From assembly GCF_001194135.2 (NCBI RefSeq), contig NC_068983.1, positions 167,941,364-168,005,363 of the forward strand: a stretch of 64,000 nucleotides of DNA, written 5' to 3'. Positions 13,652 through 27,544 of the stretch are shown here, piece by piece. The notes beneath the pieces were generated by a model, which saw nothing but the letters and a program-made list of their open reading frames with translations, did no database searches and was not told the origin of the DNA. The position numbers and the translations under genes were made by a program. Origin of the DNA: Octopus bimaculoides. Taxonomy: Eukaryota. The stretch's first letter is position 1. Each line of letters starts with the position of its first letter.

Positions 13652-14571
13652 CTTCGACAATACCGTCTCAAATCCTAGATATCATAGGGCTGGTTACTCA
13701 ATTTTCATGATATATAAGCGACCGAGATCATAATATACCCCTTGAATGGGATTCCAATTTGTCACAAAGTTTACAGCTCAGTGGACTGGGGTAATAAAAC
13801 ATGAAGTGTTTTGTTCAAAATCACAACACACTTCCTGGCTCAGGGAAATGAAACTATGACCTGGTGACTGTCAGTGCAACACCCTAACCACTAGGCTGCA
13901 CATGCTCACCAGTAAATAACAGAAATAGGAACCCTGCATGATTTACAGTTGCACGCCTTTGTGCACTTTTATAGTCAATGAAGCAGATCTTGATTGGAGA
14001 TCATAATTAACAAACAACCTTTCAAAGAGTCAAAAGAAAGACAGTTTTCTTAGAAGTCAGGCAAAGAAGTTTGCACAAAACTAAGATGTGAAAGAGATTT
14101 CTATCGTTTCTATTTTTATAGACACTGAAGAGCATTGTTTTGGAATTAGACAAGTGACAGAAGTTGAATGGTGGAAAACTTGAAGTGAAGGACATCTAGC
14201 GAATAGAAGATTATCATAAAAGAGAAGAGGTTTGGTACAATGTTCAGGTCATCACAGTTGAAGTGGGTGGGGAATCAACTGCGGCAGTGACTGTGATGTA
14301 GATCAATAATAAACTGGATAGAAAGTTGAACAATCAATACAAGTGTCTGGCTTTGTCTTTCTTTCCTTTTTATTTTTTTTTAGACTTCTCAAGAAAGAGG
14401 AGACAGAAATCTGTAAATGAATATGCATTGTCATCTTTGCAATGTTTTACAGTTGTTAAGTCTGAGAAGTAAAGAAAGTAGAGAACTTCTACTGTTAGTA
14501 GAGGAACATGTTAGAAAGAAGATGGTTGGCCAATAAGAACTTCATAAACTGATAACTGACTGACTTTGAAG

Positions 14572-14790
14572 GTGGTGGGGAGCTGGCAGAAACGTTAGCA
14601 CGCCGGGCAAAATACTTAGCGGTATTTCGCCTGCCATTATGTTCTGAGTTCAAACTCCGGCGAGGTCAACTTTGCTTTACATCCTTTCGGGGTCAATAAA
14701 TTAAGTACCAGTTGCATTCTGGGGTTGATCTAATTAACTGGCCCCCGCCCCCAAAATTTCATGTCTGGTACCTTGAGTAGAAAAGAACTG
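14572..14790 (+). mobile_element. tRNA-derived SINE family B
   Basis: gagctggcagaaacgttagcacgccgggc...ttctgagttcaaactcc...gaggtcaactttgc...catcctttcggggtcaataaa. Sibling copies are at 38955, 50660(-) and 58563. Confidence 0.85.
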
Positions 14791-14924
14791 ACTGAAATTA
14801 CCAGATACAGTGATGGCTGTGAGGTTAGGAAGCTTTCTTCCCAATCATATGGGTTCAGGTTCAGATGCCCTGTCTGACACCGTGGGCAAGGGAATTTAGT
14901 AGACAGAAACTTGGTGGAAATCCA

Positions 14925-14964
<40 letters not shown>

Positions 14965-14999
14965 GTGCGTGTGAGTGGTGGTGGTGGTGGGGTCTGTAT

Positions 15000-15860
15000 G
15001 TATGGATGGCCATGATTTTACTAAGTTTTGCATGTTTTCTCAAGCACAGCAAATTGCTAGAAATCTTGTTCCTTCTAATCTCTTCTGTGAGGCTCAATAT
15101 CTGAAGATTCTTTCTCACCACTTTGTCCCACATCTTCTTGGGTCTACCTCTTCCACAGGTTCCTTCCACAGTTAGAGATCTTCTTTATGCAACTGTCCTC
15201 ATCTATACACATCACACTACCATACCAGCACAGTTTTCTCTCTTACACACTACATCTGATGCTCTTTATATCCAATTTTTCTCTTAAACCATTTACACTG
15301 TTGTACATGCACAACCAGCGCAGGCTCTTGTGCGGGTGGCACATAAAATACACCATTTTGAGCGTGGCCGTTGCTAGTACCACCTGACTGGCCTTCGTAG
15401 GATTTTCGAGCGAGATCGTTGCCAGTGCCCCTGGACTGGCTCCTGTATGGGTGGCACATAAAATACACCATTTTGAGCGTGGCCGTTGCCAGTACCGCCT
15501 GACTGGCCTTCGTGCGGGTGACACGTAAAAGCACCCACTACACTCTCTGAGTGGTTGGCGTTAGGAAGGGCATCCATCTCTAGAAACTCTGCCAAATCAG
15601 ATTGGAGGCTGGTGTTGCTATCCGGTTTCACCAGTCCTCAGTCAAATCGTCCAACCCATGCTAGCATGGAAAGCGGACGTTAAACGATGATGATATGTCC
15701 TCTGCAGTTACAGCCCATGTTTTGCTGCCATATAGATAACTGTCCATACACTCACACACCATACTATATGCCTTTCACTTCAATGGAGAGGCCCTTTGTT
15801 ACCAACAAAGGTAGTAGCTTTTAGAGTATCCTTCACCACAGCTGTTGTTTAAAGAGGAAC
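15000..15860 (-). mobile_element. Old RTE LINE 3' fragment, interrupted by a younger insertion
   Basis: YGSKTWAVTAEDM (about 15700-15745) resumes as ..RWLCMYNSVNGLREKLDIKSIRC and GTCGRGRPKKMWDKVV on the other side of 15322-15695. Confidence 0.8.
15322..15695 (+). mobile_element. Young non-autonomous RTE-tail element (internal tandem units, (GAT)n tail)
   Basis: CpG-rich, with a duplicated ~60-nt unit, GGTTGGCGTTAGGAAGGGCATCC core and ...GCGGACGTTAAACGATGATGAT tail. Nearly identical to the reverse complement of 44150-44312. Confidence 0.85.
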
Positions 15861-17257
15861 AGTATAGAAATTTTGACATTCACTCAGACTAGAATATTGA
15901 CAATATGGAAGCCTGTCATATATTCCAGTCATCATCATTTAATGCCCATATTCCATACTGGCAGGAGTAGATGGTTTGAAAGGATCTGATGTGCTCAAGG
16001 ACTGCATTCTGCACCAATGTCTGCTTTGACATGCTTTCTATAGCCAGATCCCCTCCCTAATGCCAAGCACTTTACAGTGCTTTTTACATGCCACTGGCAC
16101 TAATGGCACTGCGAAGTAAGTTGCAAAACAGAAAAGAACAAAACAGGAGCAAAGGGAAAAGCCCTCTTGACAAAGTGGTAGTTATAGGAGTATTTGAGAG
16201 GGAGTAGGAGTGATTTTTATGCCAGGCACAGGTAAATGTCTTGTTAGAAAGAAAATACATGACTAACATTTATATCAGGCAGGTGGGAGAACCTGAGAAA
16301 ATGGTAAGATGATAGTGATGTAGTATCAAAGCAAAACCCTGAAGAAGCAAGAGATGATGCGGGGGGGGGGGCAGTAGATCAGGAGTGAGGGACAATTATA
16401 AGAGTGGGACAGAAGAGAACTAGATGGTTGGAGATGGAGGTAGAGGTGACTGTATTGAGTGGCAAACAAGAGTGAAAGTGCAGTTTAATGGGGAAATATA
16501 AGTATGGGGTAAAGGTAAGAAGAGAGAGGTAGGGATGATTATTCAGGGAATACAGGAAGTGGGGAGGGAGAATTTGTGGTACATAAGAGATAGCTATAAT
16601 GAGTGGACAAGGAGGCAGAGATGAGAGGGCACTGGAAATGAGGAACAATAAGTGGGGTGAAGAATGGCAGAGGAACAGGAAAGGGGAAGAAGTGGAGGTA
16701 CGTGGAACAATTAAATGGGATACAACAAAAAAATGTTGCTTGTACTATTGACAGATACTAGCATACGACAATTGATTAATGTTTAATTTTAAATTTTGTA
16801 GATTAATAGATTACTGTTACTTGTTGGATCATAAAACAGTTGCTGCTTAGAGTAAGGGTAAACCAAGAAAGACTTGAGACAAAGAAGATAAATGACAGCT
16901 TAGAATGTTGGAATGCTGTGCCTTGTGAAGGTTATGAGCAACTGCATAGCTGCAAATTGTGCAAGTTGATAAAATCTATGCCATTATGGACATTAAACTG
17001 ATGACAATAATAGTTCTAGAATATGACCAAGAAATATCTAAAAGAAATGTAAAGACAGATGTTTTACTAACAGACAAAACACAAAGACACACATGAGCAC
17101 TAACAACACACAAACGATTGCATTCTTTGCTAAGAGTGCTTCTGTCCAATATTTAAGTTATAGACAAATACAACATAAACTTTGTGTGTGAGAGAAAGAG
17201 GTAGGAAGGAAGAGAGAGAGAGACTATGTGGATAAACCAATTAAATATAAAGCTTGG

Positions 17258-17292
<35 letters not shown>

Positions 17293-17567
17293 GAATAATA
17301 AAGAGAAAGTTCTTGATACAGTATTCTATGTATTTGGAAGAATGAGTAGAGATGGGTTTTTTTTGAGGGGATGATTTCTACTTTAATCTTAATGGTGTTT
17401 ACAGTCAGTGACTCTGATATGAGTTTCAAGCTTTCAAGTAGCCGTTTCCAAACTGGAAAATGTATGTTTTACTGGTTGCTTAAATGGCAAAAGATTTTTT
17501 CTTACAAGTATACATACAAAAAAAAATATCCCCTCAAAAAAAAACCATCTCTACTCATTCTGTCAAA

Positions 17568-17636
<69 letters not shown>

Positions 17637-17689
17637 AAACAGAAAGAAAGCAAAAACTGAAGATTCTCAGATGATAAATACTTAAGCAT

Positions 17690-17985
17690 AAACGAAACGA
17701 AAAAGAGAAACCATTGAAGCAAAGGAGATGGAAACGGCTGGGTCGAGTTTGTTGCTATAAACCAAACTTTAGTTGTCAAGATCGCTTTGCAATGGGTTCC
17801 ACAAAGTAAAAGAAGATGGCAGCTGACCAAATGAAATGTGATGGAGAGCAATAAGAAAAGATCTTAAAAGCAGAAGGGTTAACAATGGAACAAGATGTCA
17901 AGGATGCTTTCAGTGTCGGAAGGGGGAATGATCTTGGTGTCGCCTCAAGTGCCACAAGGCACAATGAGAACCAAATGAATGAATG
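17690..17985 (+). mobile_element. 3' end of a second RTE-like LINE family with (TGAA)n tail
   Basis: Remnant KIALQWVPQSKRR...RAIRKDLKAEGLTMEQ...ATRHNEN followed by tgaatgaatga. Ends ~85 nt from the donor at 18070. Confidence 0.6.
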
Positions 17986-18069
17986 ACACACACACACCAA
18001 TTATTTACATTAGTATTAAGTTCATTGAAACTATCAGGGTTTTTTGGAATAATAAATAAATATACATAC

Positions 18070-18195
18070 CTGAAGAATAAAAGAGGACTTGATGTTCAAG
18101 TAAGATACTGCGGAATATCCTCAAAATATTTCGAGAATCCAATAATTGAAAGAGTTCCCAGAGAGAAAAGTCAAATAATGGTAATTCATTCATGC
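18070..18195 (-). CDS. DENND5: DENND5 coding exon (cDENN), 126 nt, phase 1->1
   Basis: tgtttcAG|GC ATG AAT...TCA G|GTATGT. Encodes (G)MNELPLFDFSLWELFQLLDSRNILRIFRSILLEHQVLFYSS (DENN ELPL.D...LLE.Q.L.YS motif). Confidence 0.95.
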
Positions 18196-18529
18196 CTGAA
18201 ACAATGGAGGAGTCACAGTATTAAGATCTTCAACATCAATTTGTAAAACACGGTCATAAAAAAAAGAAAATCCCATGCAAACCATGCCAGCATGGAAAAG
18301 CAGGCATAAAACAATAATAAACACACATGCACATTTTGATTAACAAACAAGGAAATAGTACTCAATATAATAGAGTTTATTCATTCATTCAAAGTGAAAC
18401 CACAGTTTCAAATAAACGAGTGTGTGTGTGTGCATGTGTGTGTGTGTTTGTGTATATGTGTTGGATGTGGTGTTGATGAAACAGTAATTATTCTTGAAAT
18501 ATGCATATACACTCATTACCTACTGTTTC

Positions 18530-18907
18530 GTAGGGGCAGGAGTAGGGGTGTGATAAGTTTTTTCCCCCACCACATGGTTCTCAGTTCAGTCCTACTGCAT
18601 AACACCTTGGGCAAATGTCTTCTACTATGACCTTGAGTTAACCAAAGCCTTGTGAACAGATTTGATATATGGAAACTGAAAGAAGCCTGCCATGTGTGTG
18701 TGTGTGTGTGTTTCTGTCCCCCACCACTGCTAGACAACTGGTGCTGGTATATTTACATCTCTGTAACTTAGCAATTTGACAAAAGAAACTGATAGAATAT
18801 GGAGTAGGCTTTAAAAAATATAAGTACTGGAGTCGATTGACCCAATAAAATTCCTCAAGGCAGTGCACCAGCATGGCCGTAGTCTAATGACTGAAACAAG
18901 TAAAAGA
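18530..18907 (+). mobile_element. SINE A2 (same head as A1, different body and tail), in the short intron between two DENND5 exons
   Basis: Head ggttctcagttcagtcctactgcataacaccttgggcaaatgtcttct; tail gcagtgcaccagcatggccgtagtctaatgactgaaacaagtaaaaga. Confidence 0.85.
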
Positions 18908-19023
18908 TGAAAAATAAAAGTCATATATTTGTATATACACATACATTACACACATATATAGATATATTTGTGTGTGTATATGTATGCACACATGTGAAAG
19001 AAAAGCAATATTTAACAACTTAC

Positions 19024-19558
19024 CAGGTCTTTGACAAAAGATTGGTAATGAGGTGCCAAAAAATTTCATACTCCGACCAGGTGGCGGCAATGGTACTTCA
19101 TATAGAACATTATAGACATAGCATTCCAGAGGTAGTTTTCTTTCCTTTTGGTTACTCACAGCATCATGTAGTTGTTTGAGAAATTGACGCGTGGCTGAGA
19201 CAAAAGGAAGCTGTGATATTAATGCAATTCCTTTAGTGACATAAAGTTTGTCATTGTTTATATCATAGATGGTGTGTGGTCGAGGCCGAGACTTTCGCAT
19301 TGTCATGGGACTTTGATCAAAAGTAGATTCCAGTTCCGGATAAAGTGTACGTGATTGGTCATTACTCAACTCGGCATGATGCATTGCCTGCAATGTTTGC
19401 ATTGCGGCACATATCTGTTCGTTCTCAACCTCTTCGTAAAACACATACACAGCTCCATAGGTTCGTGAACCATCCTCTTTAGTGATCATAAAAGAATGAA
19501 AGTGAGGAGATTTCGGTTGACTTTGAGTCCGGAATGATAAACCCTTGGGAAGGCAAAG
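19024..19558 (-). CDS. DENND5: DENND5 coding exon (uDENN / start of cDENN), 535 nt, phase 0->1
   Basis: catttctttcAG|CTT TGC...CCT G|GTAAGT. Encodes LCLPKGLSFRTQ...FHSFMITKEDGSRTYG...YVTKGIALISQLPF...LYEVPLPPPGRSMKF...CQRP, hallmark DENND5/Rab6IP1 motifs. Confidence 0.96.
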
Positions 19559-20859
19559 CTGAAAGAAATGAAATATCTTATAAGTAAAAAAAAAACACAA
19601 TTTCACAAAAATGCCATCAAATCATCATTTAACACCCATTGTCTATGCTGGCATGGGTTGGATGGTGTGAAGAATTTACTAAAATAACAGTGTCAGTATT
19701 AAGCTGGAGTTTAGAACATGAGAAATTTTGATTGAACATTTGTATTTAGGTCATTTTAAAACAAGAAATTTGCATCTTAGAGTCAGAGGAGGTCTCCAGT
19801 AGGTAGGTTTTTAAAAGAGTTAAACATAAATTTATCAATTATTTATGCTGAGGAAACATTAAACAGGAGAAAGAAAATAATTTTTAATATTTTCTTCAAT
19901 TTTAGGTAGAATAATTAAAAAGTTTAGTTGCATACCAGAGAAAAATAAGGTTGATACAAATATATTTTGTGCGTGTGTGTATATATATATTAAACCATGT
20001 ATAATTTTCTTACATTGTTTCAGAGCTAGAAGCAAAAAAAAATCTTTTATATCCTTCATATTATTATTTTTGCAAATCACAAATAAGCTTTACTTTGTCT
20101 TTTATGCATCATCATCTAATATGTTGGCAAACTCCATATTAATGTTCACAGAATAAATGTAGATATTTACTATTAAAATTTGAAATATGCAAATAGATTC
20201 AACTGGGAATTTCACAAGCTGGCAAATGAAAATTGCATCGAAATATTTTAGATTTTTATCATCACTTAATGCAGAAAAAGAGTGCAGAATTTGAGAAAAA
20301 AATAGAAAATTTTTATTAAGAGATGAAGCTAATTAATATTAACAATATGGTTATGGCAGTGAGCAGGCAGAATCATTAGCATGCTAGGGGAAATGCTTCG
20401 TGACATTGAGTGTCGATAAAATAAGTAGCAGTTGAACAGTGGGGTCGGTCTCCCTTGAAATTAATGTGTCTCATGGAAAATACATCTGAGGGGAGAGTGT
20501 TTGGCAATACTAAATATACATGTAGTTAGGTCTCACTTAGGGAGTTGAGCAACTCAGCTGAGATGAGCCAAGAGACCAGCACAAGTACAAAAATCCCTCT
20601 AGAGAGTGTTTAAAGACTTAAAAAAAAACAAAAAAAAAGTAAGCGGATACTCTAATATGATCAGTCACTAGAAATTTCTGGACAATAATTCAAAGTACAC
20701 ATTTACATACACACACTTACAGGATTTACCCTTAGTTCTATATTTGAAAGGGAAATATTCCTTCTATCACATCATCAAATAGTCTGCTCGCCTTTCCAAA
20801 TCACTAAGTTTATTGTAAATAAAATAGACACGAGTGCCATCTACACATCAGTAATGGGT

Positions 20860-21140
20860 AAAGACCCCATTCAGTCATGAATGACCATGATATTGCACCT
20901 AGAAAGTTACCCGCCAAGGCACGAGTCCAGGTAGGGTTGTTTATAGAAGACCTGCAGTTGCCCATGCATACCAGCCTCCCCTCCCCGTGCCACCAATGTT
21001 ATCCAAGGGAAAGGCAAAAGGGGCTCATACAGCTTGGCACCAGTGATGTTGCAACTCATTTCTACAGATGAGTGAACTGGAGCAATGTGAACTAAAGTGT
21101 CTTGCTCAAGAACACAACATAGATCCCGGTTGGGGAATTA
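20860..21140 (-). mobile_element. SINE-like element, family C
   Basis: gagtgaactggagcaatgtgaactaaagtgtcttgctcaagaacacaac is a CORE-like motif in reverse. A related element lies at ~13690-13905. Confidence 0.6.
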
Positions 21141-21851
21141 AAAAATAAAAACCACCAACAATCTCAATAAGGCTATTTCCAGAGTTCTTCCTAATGTTAA
21201 TAATCTGAAGATAATCTAGTTAGACACACTACTGTAATACAAATCATTTCATAACAGATGTTATTCCTTTTATGTATTTTAATAATTATTCACCACTGAT
21301 TTCTTTTCCTTCAGCAAAAATACCATTTTGGCTTTGTTGGTATCCTATTGACATCACACCCACCATATTTCTAGTTACAAGATTACATCATATGTGAAAG
21401 ATATTGCTCATATTAATTTAATCTTTTCATCACAATTTCCATTAAATTAACATTTGGAACCTTCTTTCATCGATTAGACCAGAATAGAGGCAGCATCCTG
21501 ATTTTGCAAACTGGTGAGACCTGTCTTCTGTTTGCAGGGATAGAATTCCAGGGTGTGGTCTTAGTGCAGGAGTCAAAAGGTTGACACAAGTAGGAGAGAT
21601 GGGGGGGGGGGTACTGTCAAGTAGGCCTGGAATCAGTTGGTACACAACAAGATACAGCATTCTTCAATTTCTACCACTGAATTCTTTCTCAGCATGAAGG
21701 AAACAGAATATTCTAATTATATCATTCTATCAAAGCCTAATACCCTAAGTCTAGACTTCTATGCTCTCAAAGAATTACCTCTATCTCTTTTCAGCAGAAA
21801 GCATTTTAAGGCTATTTCTTTGCCAAAGCAAAGATAAATCTTCCAAATTCC

Positions 21852-22066
21852 TTAACTCTTTGGCGTTTAAACGAGCCATAGCTGAATATTCTACCCAATT
21901 TATGTTCAAACTGACACCTCTCACACCTACCCTACAATGCCATTTTAAAGACAGACAATCACATCCTCCAAATCTCTAAGCTATGAAATACTGCATGCTT
22001 AATTTAAAACCATGTGAATCTATAAACATTACATTTGACAGAGTAATCTAAATGCGAAAGGGTTAA
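21852..22066. mobile_element. piggyBac-like MITE (TTAA TSD), second copy
   Basis: TTAA CTCTTTGGCGTTTAAA ... CTAAATGCGAAAGGG TTAA. Shares the internal cacacctacc.tacaat and cattacatttgacaga motifs with 36079-36304. Confidence 0.8.
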
Positions 22067-22339
22067 TAGATTTCCCCAGTTTGTTGTTCTTTATTACTCC
22101 TTATCACCAATCCCATTGCCTTAATTTCTTCTTCCACCACCTTTAATCATGTCTTCTCAATCTTCCTCTGCTTCCTTCTACGTTCATATCCAAAAACTCC
22201 TTTCATCCAGTTACCTTCATCCTTCTTCAAGGATATGACCCAGTGATTTCATCACATTTCTCTTCACATCATTGATCACTAGCTCGATTTCCACTAAATA
22301 AGCTTGGAAATTTGACAAAAGGTAAAGTTGAAAGCTTTG

Positions 22340-23290
22340 CTGTTAGAATAGTATGTGGAGGAAGATTCTTGTTCAGTCATCATGTATATTATCTGTATTA
22401 GGTCTGTGAGCAGTGTGCTGGTTGAATGCAGTGCTTTGAATTTGTGATATGATTTGGAAAGAAGGGTAGATGGATTAATAATGTCAAGGATTAACCTTCC
22501 AAGAATTTTTGAGGATGTGTATAGGAGAATGATGAATATGAATAATATTACTTCAGTTTAGGATTGTTATAATTTTGTCCAGTTCCCAGTGTATGGCAAT
22601 TCAACAACAGTAGCATTGATATTAGTTGTAGATGTTGGTGATTGAAGTGTTCCCTCAGGCCTCAGGTGTTGGTGATTTTATTTTGCACCAAGCCCTTTGA
22701 ATTTTTATATATCCCAGATGATTCTGAGATATTTCTAGGTTCCTATTTTTCATTTTGTTTCCTTCTTTTCTTTGTACAGTTTCCAATAGTTGGATTTTAG
22801 AGAAATATTTCATAGAGCATTTGTTTGATGTTGCTGTACGAATATATTGAGATTGCTGTTATGTCATGAGGGTCAGGTGTGAGCATTGTTGCTGATGGGA
22901 GTGATGGTGGTGGTACTACTACTACTACTACTACTACTGTTAATTAGCCTACGAAGTGTTGTACCCTATTTGTGCTAGATTTCTGGGTGGTTGGAGTGTG
23001 TGTGTGTCTATTTTTGTTATTTCTTCCTTTAGTTGGCTGATGCTAAATTATATTTCAGTTGTGTGTTATTTTGATGCATAGAGTTTTGAGATCATCTCTG
23101 CTTATTTCTAGAACATGATTGTTTCCTCTTGTTTTAAATATTTTTACATTATGGTTTTTGTCTTTTTGGATGTATCTGATTATTTTGCTGGCTACATGCA
23201 TAGCACTATTTATGTCAGTAATTGCAGTGGTGTCAAATTCTGAGCAACTTGTTTTAGTGTTTTATTTTCTTCTGTAGTTCGTGAGGAAAT
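22340..23290 (-). mobile_element. Possible Penelope-like element remnant
   Basis: Weak minus-strand echoes of PLE motifs (NII....PY..., LGRLILDII.., AFNQHT). Highly decayed. Confidence 0.3.
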
Positions 23291-23569
23291 AGTTACAGTT
23301 ATATAACCAAATTGTCTGAGACGATAGAGAACAATGCTCAAACTGTTAACTCCATCTTTTTCCTCTTTGGTTTGTTTGTTTGTTGGTTTTTTCACCAAAT
23401 ATTTACAACAGTTTTAGTCTGTCCATTGTCAGGGATTCATTTATCATGTATCTGTATAACATTCAAAAGGCTGATCCCAGCCCTAAAACATGCACAAGCT
23501 AATATGGCACCAGAGGCTAAACAAAACACAACATTGTGGTTACAGGAAAAAAAAAATGCATCTCTATCT

Positions 23570-23772
23570 TTTACTGATTTCAGTCACTGGACTGTGGCCA
23601 TATTGGGATATTGACTTAAAAGGTTTAGTCAAACAGATTGACCCCACTACTAACATATTAAGTCTGGTACTCTGTTTCTTTTGCTGAACTGTTATGTTAC
23701 AGGGACATAAACAAACCAACACTAGTCAAGCAATGGTAAGAGAGCAACAACAACAACACACACACACACACA

Positions 23773-23814
<42 letters not shown>

Positions 23815-23930
23815 GGGCTTCCACAGTTTCTGCTAACCAAATTCACTCACAAGGCATTGGTGCCATGCAGTGAGAATGAACCCAAAAGCATGTGGTTGCA
23901 AAGCAAACTTCTTAGCCACGCCTACAACTA
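23570..23930 (-). mobile_element. SINE A2 copy
   Basis: Reverse-complement tail ttttactgatttcagtcactggactgtggccat and head gccatgcagtgagaatgaaccc. Confidence 0.75.
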
Positions 23931-23952
23931 TCACCTATGTATGTAAGTGTAT

Positions 23953-23994
<42 letters not shown>

Positions 23995-26494
23995 CAAAAA
24001 AGATAAAGTTAACAACACAAAATAAAGTTTTCCATCAATATTAGAATTGCCTTGAAGATATTGAGAGCTGAAATTACATTAAATTCAAAATAGTGTCACA
24101 TCATCATCATCCTCAATTAACGTCCGCTTTCCACGCTGGCATGGGTTGGACGGTTTGACTGAGGACTGGCAAGCCGGGAGGCTGCACCAGGCTCCAATTT
24201 GATCTGGCAAGNNNNNNNNNNTGCACCAGGCTCCAATTTGATCTGGCAAGGTTTCTACAGCTGGATGCCCTTCCTAACACCAACCACTCCTAGAGTGTAG
24301 TGGGTGCTCTTTACATACCATCGACACAGGGGCCAGTCAGGTGGCACTGGCACCAACCATGCTTGAATAGTGCTCTTTATGTGCTACCAGCATCGGAACC
24401 AGACAAGCAGCACCAGCATTGACCCTGCTTGAATGGTGCTTTTTATGTGCCACTGGCACAGGTGCCAGTCAGGCGACACTGACATCAGCCACAACCACAA
24501 TTTCGCTTGACTCAACAGGCCTTCTCAAGAACAGCATATTGCCCGACAATTGAAGGGTACTTTTATTATAATGTCACATTTACTATAATGATGAATAAAA
24601 TTATTTATAGAGAGAGAATAACATTATTCTCCTCTTGAATAGTTGTTTCAATAGGAAAGTAAAGAGATAATTATTGGGAATGCTTATCTTTAATTGAGGC
24701 CATTATGAATCCATTTCCTATTGTTCTCACAATACTCTCAATTATAAAACCATTAAAACAAACAATTGATATAAAAAATAAAAACTGGCACAGAAAGAAT
24801 ATTACACAGGGAATTTGAAGAGAGATGCTGAATACGATAACTAATCCATTTGATATTGCAGAGTTTGTTATGAAACGTGTTCTGCTCTCACAAGAAAGTT
24901 CCTTCTGGATGGAATAAACAAACACAAGAGGAAGAAATGAAAATAATCAAGATTCTTTGGAACAAATGCAACTACCTTATTAGGGTGGATCTTTTTTTTC
25001 TAAACAGTATTTTATATGTTAATTTGTTTTATATTTCAAGGAACCCTATGTCAAGACTTAAAGAAAGTGTACTCTTTGCTGCTTTTTAAAGAATTCCTCC
25101 AAAACTAAAGGTAATAAAAATCAAACCAGAAATTCTATCAAGACATCAAATTCTGAGACGTATACCTCTCTTCCTTTATGAAAAGATATTTAAAAGACTA
25201 ATTCATATTACTCTTTACCTCTTACATATCTACTGAATTCCACCTCACACCTGTTTGTGTGTCTCTGTCACACTCCAACCTTTCATCATCTGACACAAGA
25301 TCACCTCCTCCAATGATCCCCTCCCCTTACAAAGATTCTTTGCCATTGTTTGTGTCACATAAAAAGAATCCAGTCAACAAAGTGGTTGGCATTTGGGTGG
25401 GCATCCAGCTGTAAAAACCATGTTGTCCAAAACTGACCTCACCTGTGGTGGTGCCATGTAAAAAGCAATCAGTCCACTCTGCTGGGTGGTTGATGTTAGG
25501 AAGGGCGACCATAAAAACTGTGCCAAAACTAACACAAAAGTCTGGTGTAGTCTTTTGCCTGGCCAGCTCCTGTCAAACCATCCAACCCATGCCAGCATGG
25601 AAGGCAGCCGTTAAATGATGATGATGATATTTTCTGAATTCTAAGCTAATCATTTTACTTCTCTACAAATGAATATTAGATGACTTTGACATGTGAACAC
25701 ACACACACACACACAAAATCAGACATTACTCCAATCACAAGTGACATGAGTAAAAGTATTATACTATTTCCTGCAAGCTGCTTACCAAATGAACATTTCT
25801 GAAATCCAGGAATCAATGCACTGACGAGTCAGCTGTTATGTAGAACTCCAAATAACTTCCCTTTCCAAACAGAATCCCACAACTACCTGTCTTGCTATTC
25901 AGCCTTCACACACACTACAGCACTCATATCACAATCACATTATAACACAATAAATACATCTATACATTCACATACACTATAATCAAGTCTCCAACTAAAC
26001 AGCTTAATCTTACCACTTTACTTCACACTAGAACACTAGATCTAAAATCAAATTCTTGGTATTACATAAGTAATATTTAGACACAAGCCACAGAGTAATC
26101 TTATCACATACATTAACAAAACACCTTCAAACATGCACTGAAATAATAATTTAACCAAAATTATTATTTTTTTTTGAATATGGAATCAATTTAGAACAAA
26201 AAACTATGTCAATCATCACAAAGCCGTTTTACTTAGGTTTCTAATCTCCGTCACAACTGACAGATTTGTCAAAACAAAGCTCTTTATATCATAACCTCAT
26301 GATTTTTAGACCCAGTATTACTGATGGTCACCTCTTACTACAAACCCCAAAACTTGATTTCAAAGACCGAGAGGTGACATTTCACATTCATACAACTTTA
26401 TGATTAAGAATTAGGAGGAGATAAATATGGATTTGGTGGAGATGTAATTGTTCAGATGAATGCTTCTTATATTCTCCTGGTTGAAAAATGTAAG

Positions 26495-26880
26495 TGTATC
26501 ATCATCAGCATTTAATGTCAACTTTTCCAGCCACACATGGGTTAGACAGAACTGAAGTTCATTTTCTACAGCCAGATGCTCATCCTGTTGCCAACCTGTC
26601 TTCAAGCAAAGTAATGTTTCCTCATGGCCAAACAAGCTTTTCATGGAAGACTGAAAATAAATGTTGCTTGTATAACAGTAATGCTCATTTACATCACATG
26701 ATGTCAAGACAAGGGTGCATGCAAACACACAGAAAAATTTTAGCATCCATTTACCAAATTCACTCACAAGGCTTTGGTCAGCTTGGAGTTAAGTAGAAGA
26801 CGCTTAATCAAGTTGCTGCACAGTGGGACTGAACCTGAGATCACATCATTAGGGAGTAAGCTTCTTAATCACTATTTGAA
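26495..26880 (-). mobile_element. SINE A1 copy
   Basis: Same motifs as 480-950. Confidence 0.8.
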
Positions 26881-27162
26881 GTTCTACACATTCCTAAGAA
26901 CTGTACTACTGATGGCAAAGTATCATTAACCCTAAACCCCATACTGGGATACAAACCATCAATGATAACTACAGAGAAATGACAGCAACTGTACTGATAT
27001 GATCCAGTCCATTTCTGCCCACCTTCACTGTAGCTGTTACCACCAGAATCCACAGACATACATAAACAGAATGAACTCTATAAAACATGTCGAGACTGCA
27101 AAGTCTACACCATGTATAACTAACAAATGAATATTGCAGTGTGCAGTATGGTCAATAGCTAG

Positions 27163-27235
<73 letters not shown>

Positions 27236-27544
27236 CAACAACAGATTTATGGGTCTCACCTAGCCTACCTGTCAATTACAGGTGTGTATGATGGTTCTCA
27301 ATCAGGGGGTGAACTGCAGGTATACAACAAATTAGGATATTGTAAACATTTCCAATAAGTAGCTGACAGAGTTTACAATGTATTTCATCATAAGTAGTTT
27401 CTCAACTGATTTTGATTTCTTTACATCACCTTTGTTAACTTATAAACATACATAGAAAAACAGTTCAACAACCAGCTGTATATAACATTACCTAAAACTG
27501 GTACACTGCACCAACTAAACACACTCACTCTCATACATATATCA

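Noticed and set aside
15000-15695. Twin-priming inversion of an RTE (ORF end inverted next to its 3'UTR)
   Set aside because: The minus-strand RTE continues beyond 15695, and the two parts differ in CpG content and apparent age, so this is a nested insertion.
24182-24250. 29-nt direct duplication around 10 N
   Set aside because: Same gap-overlap artefact.
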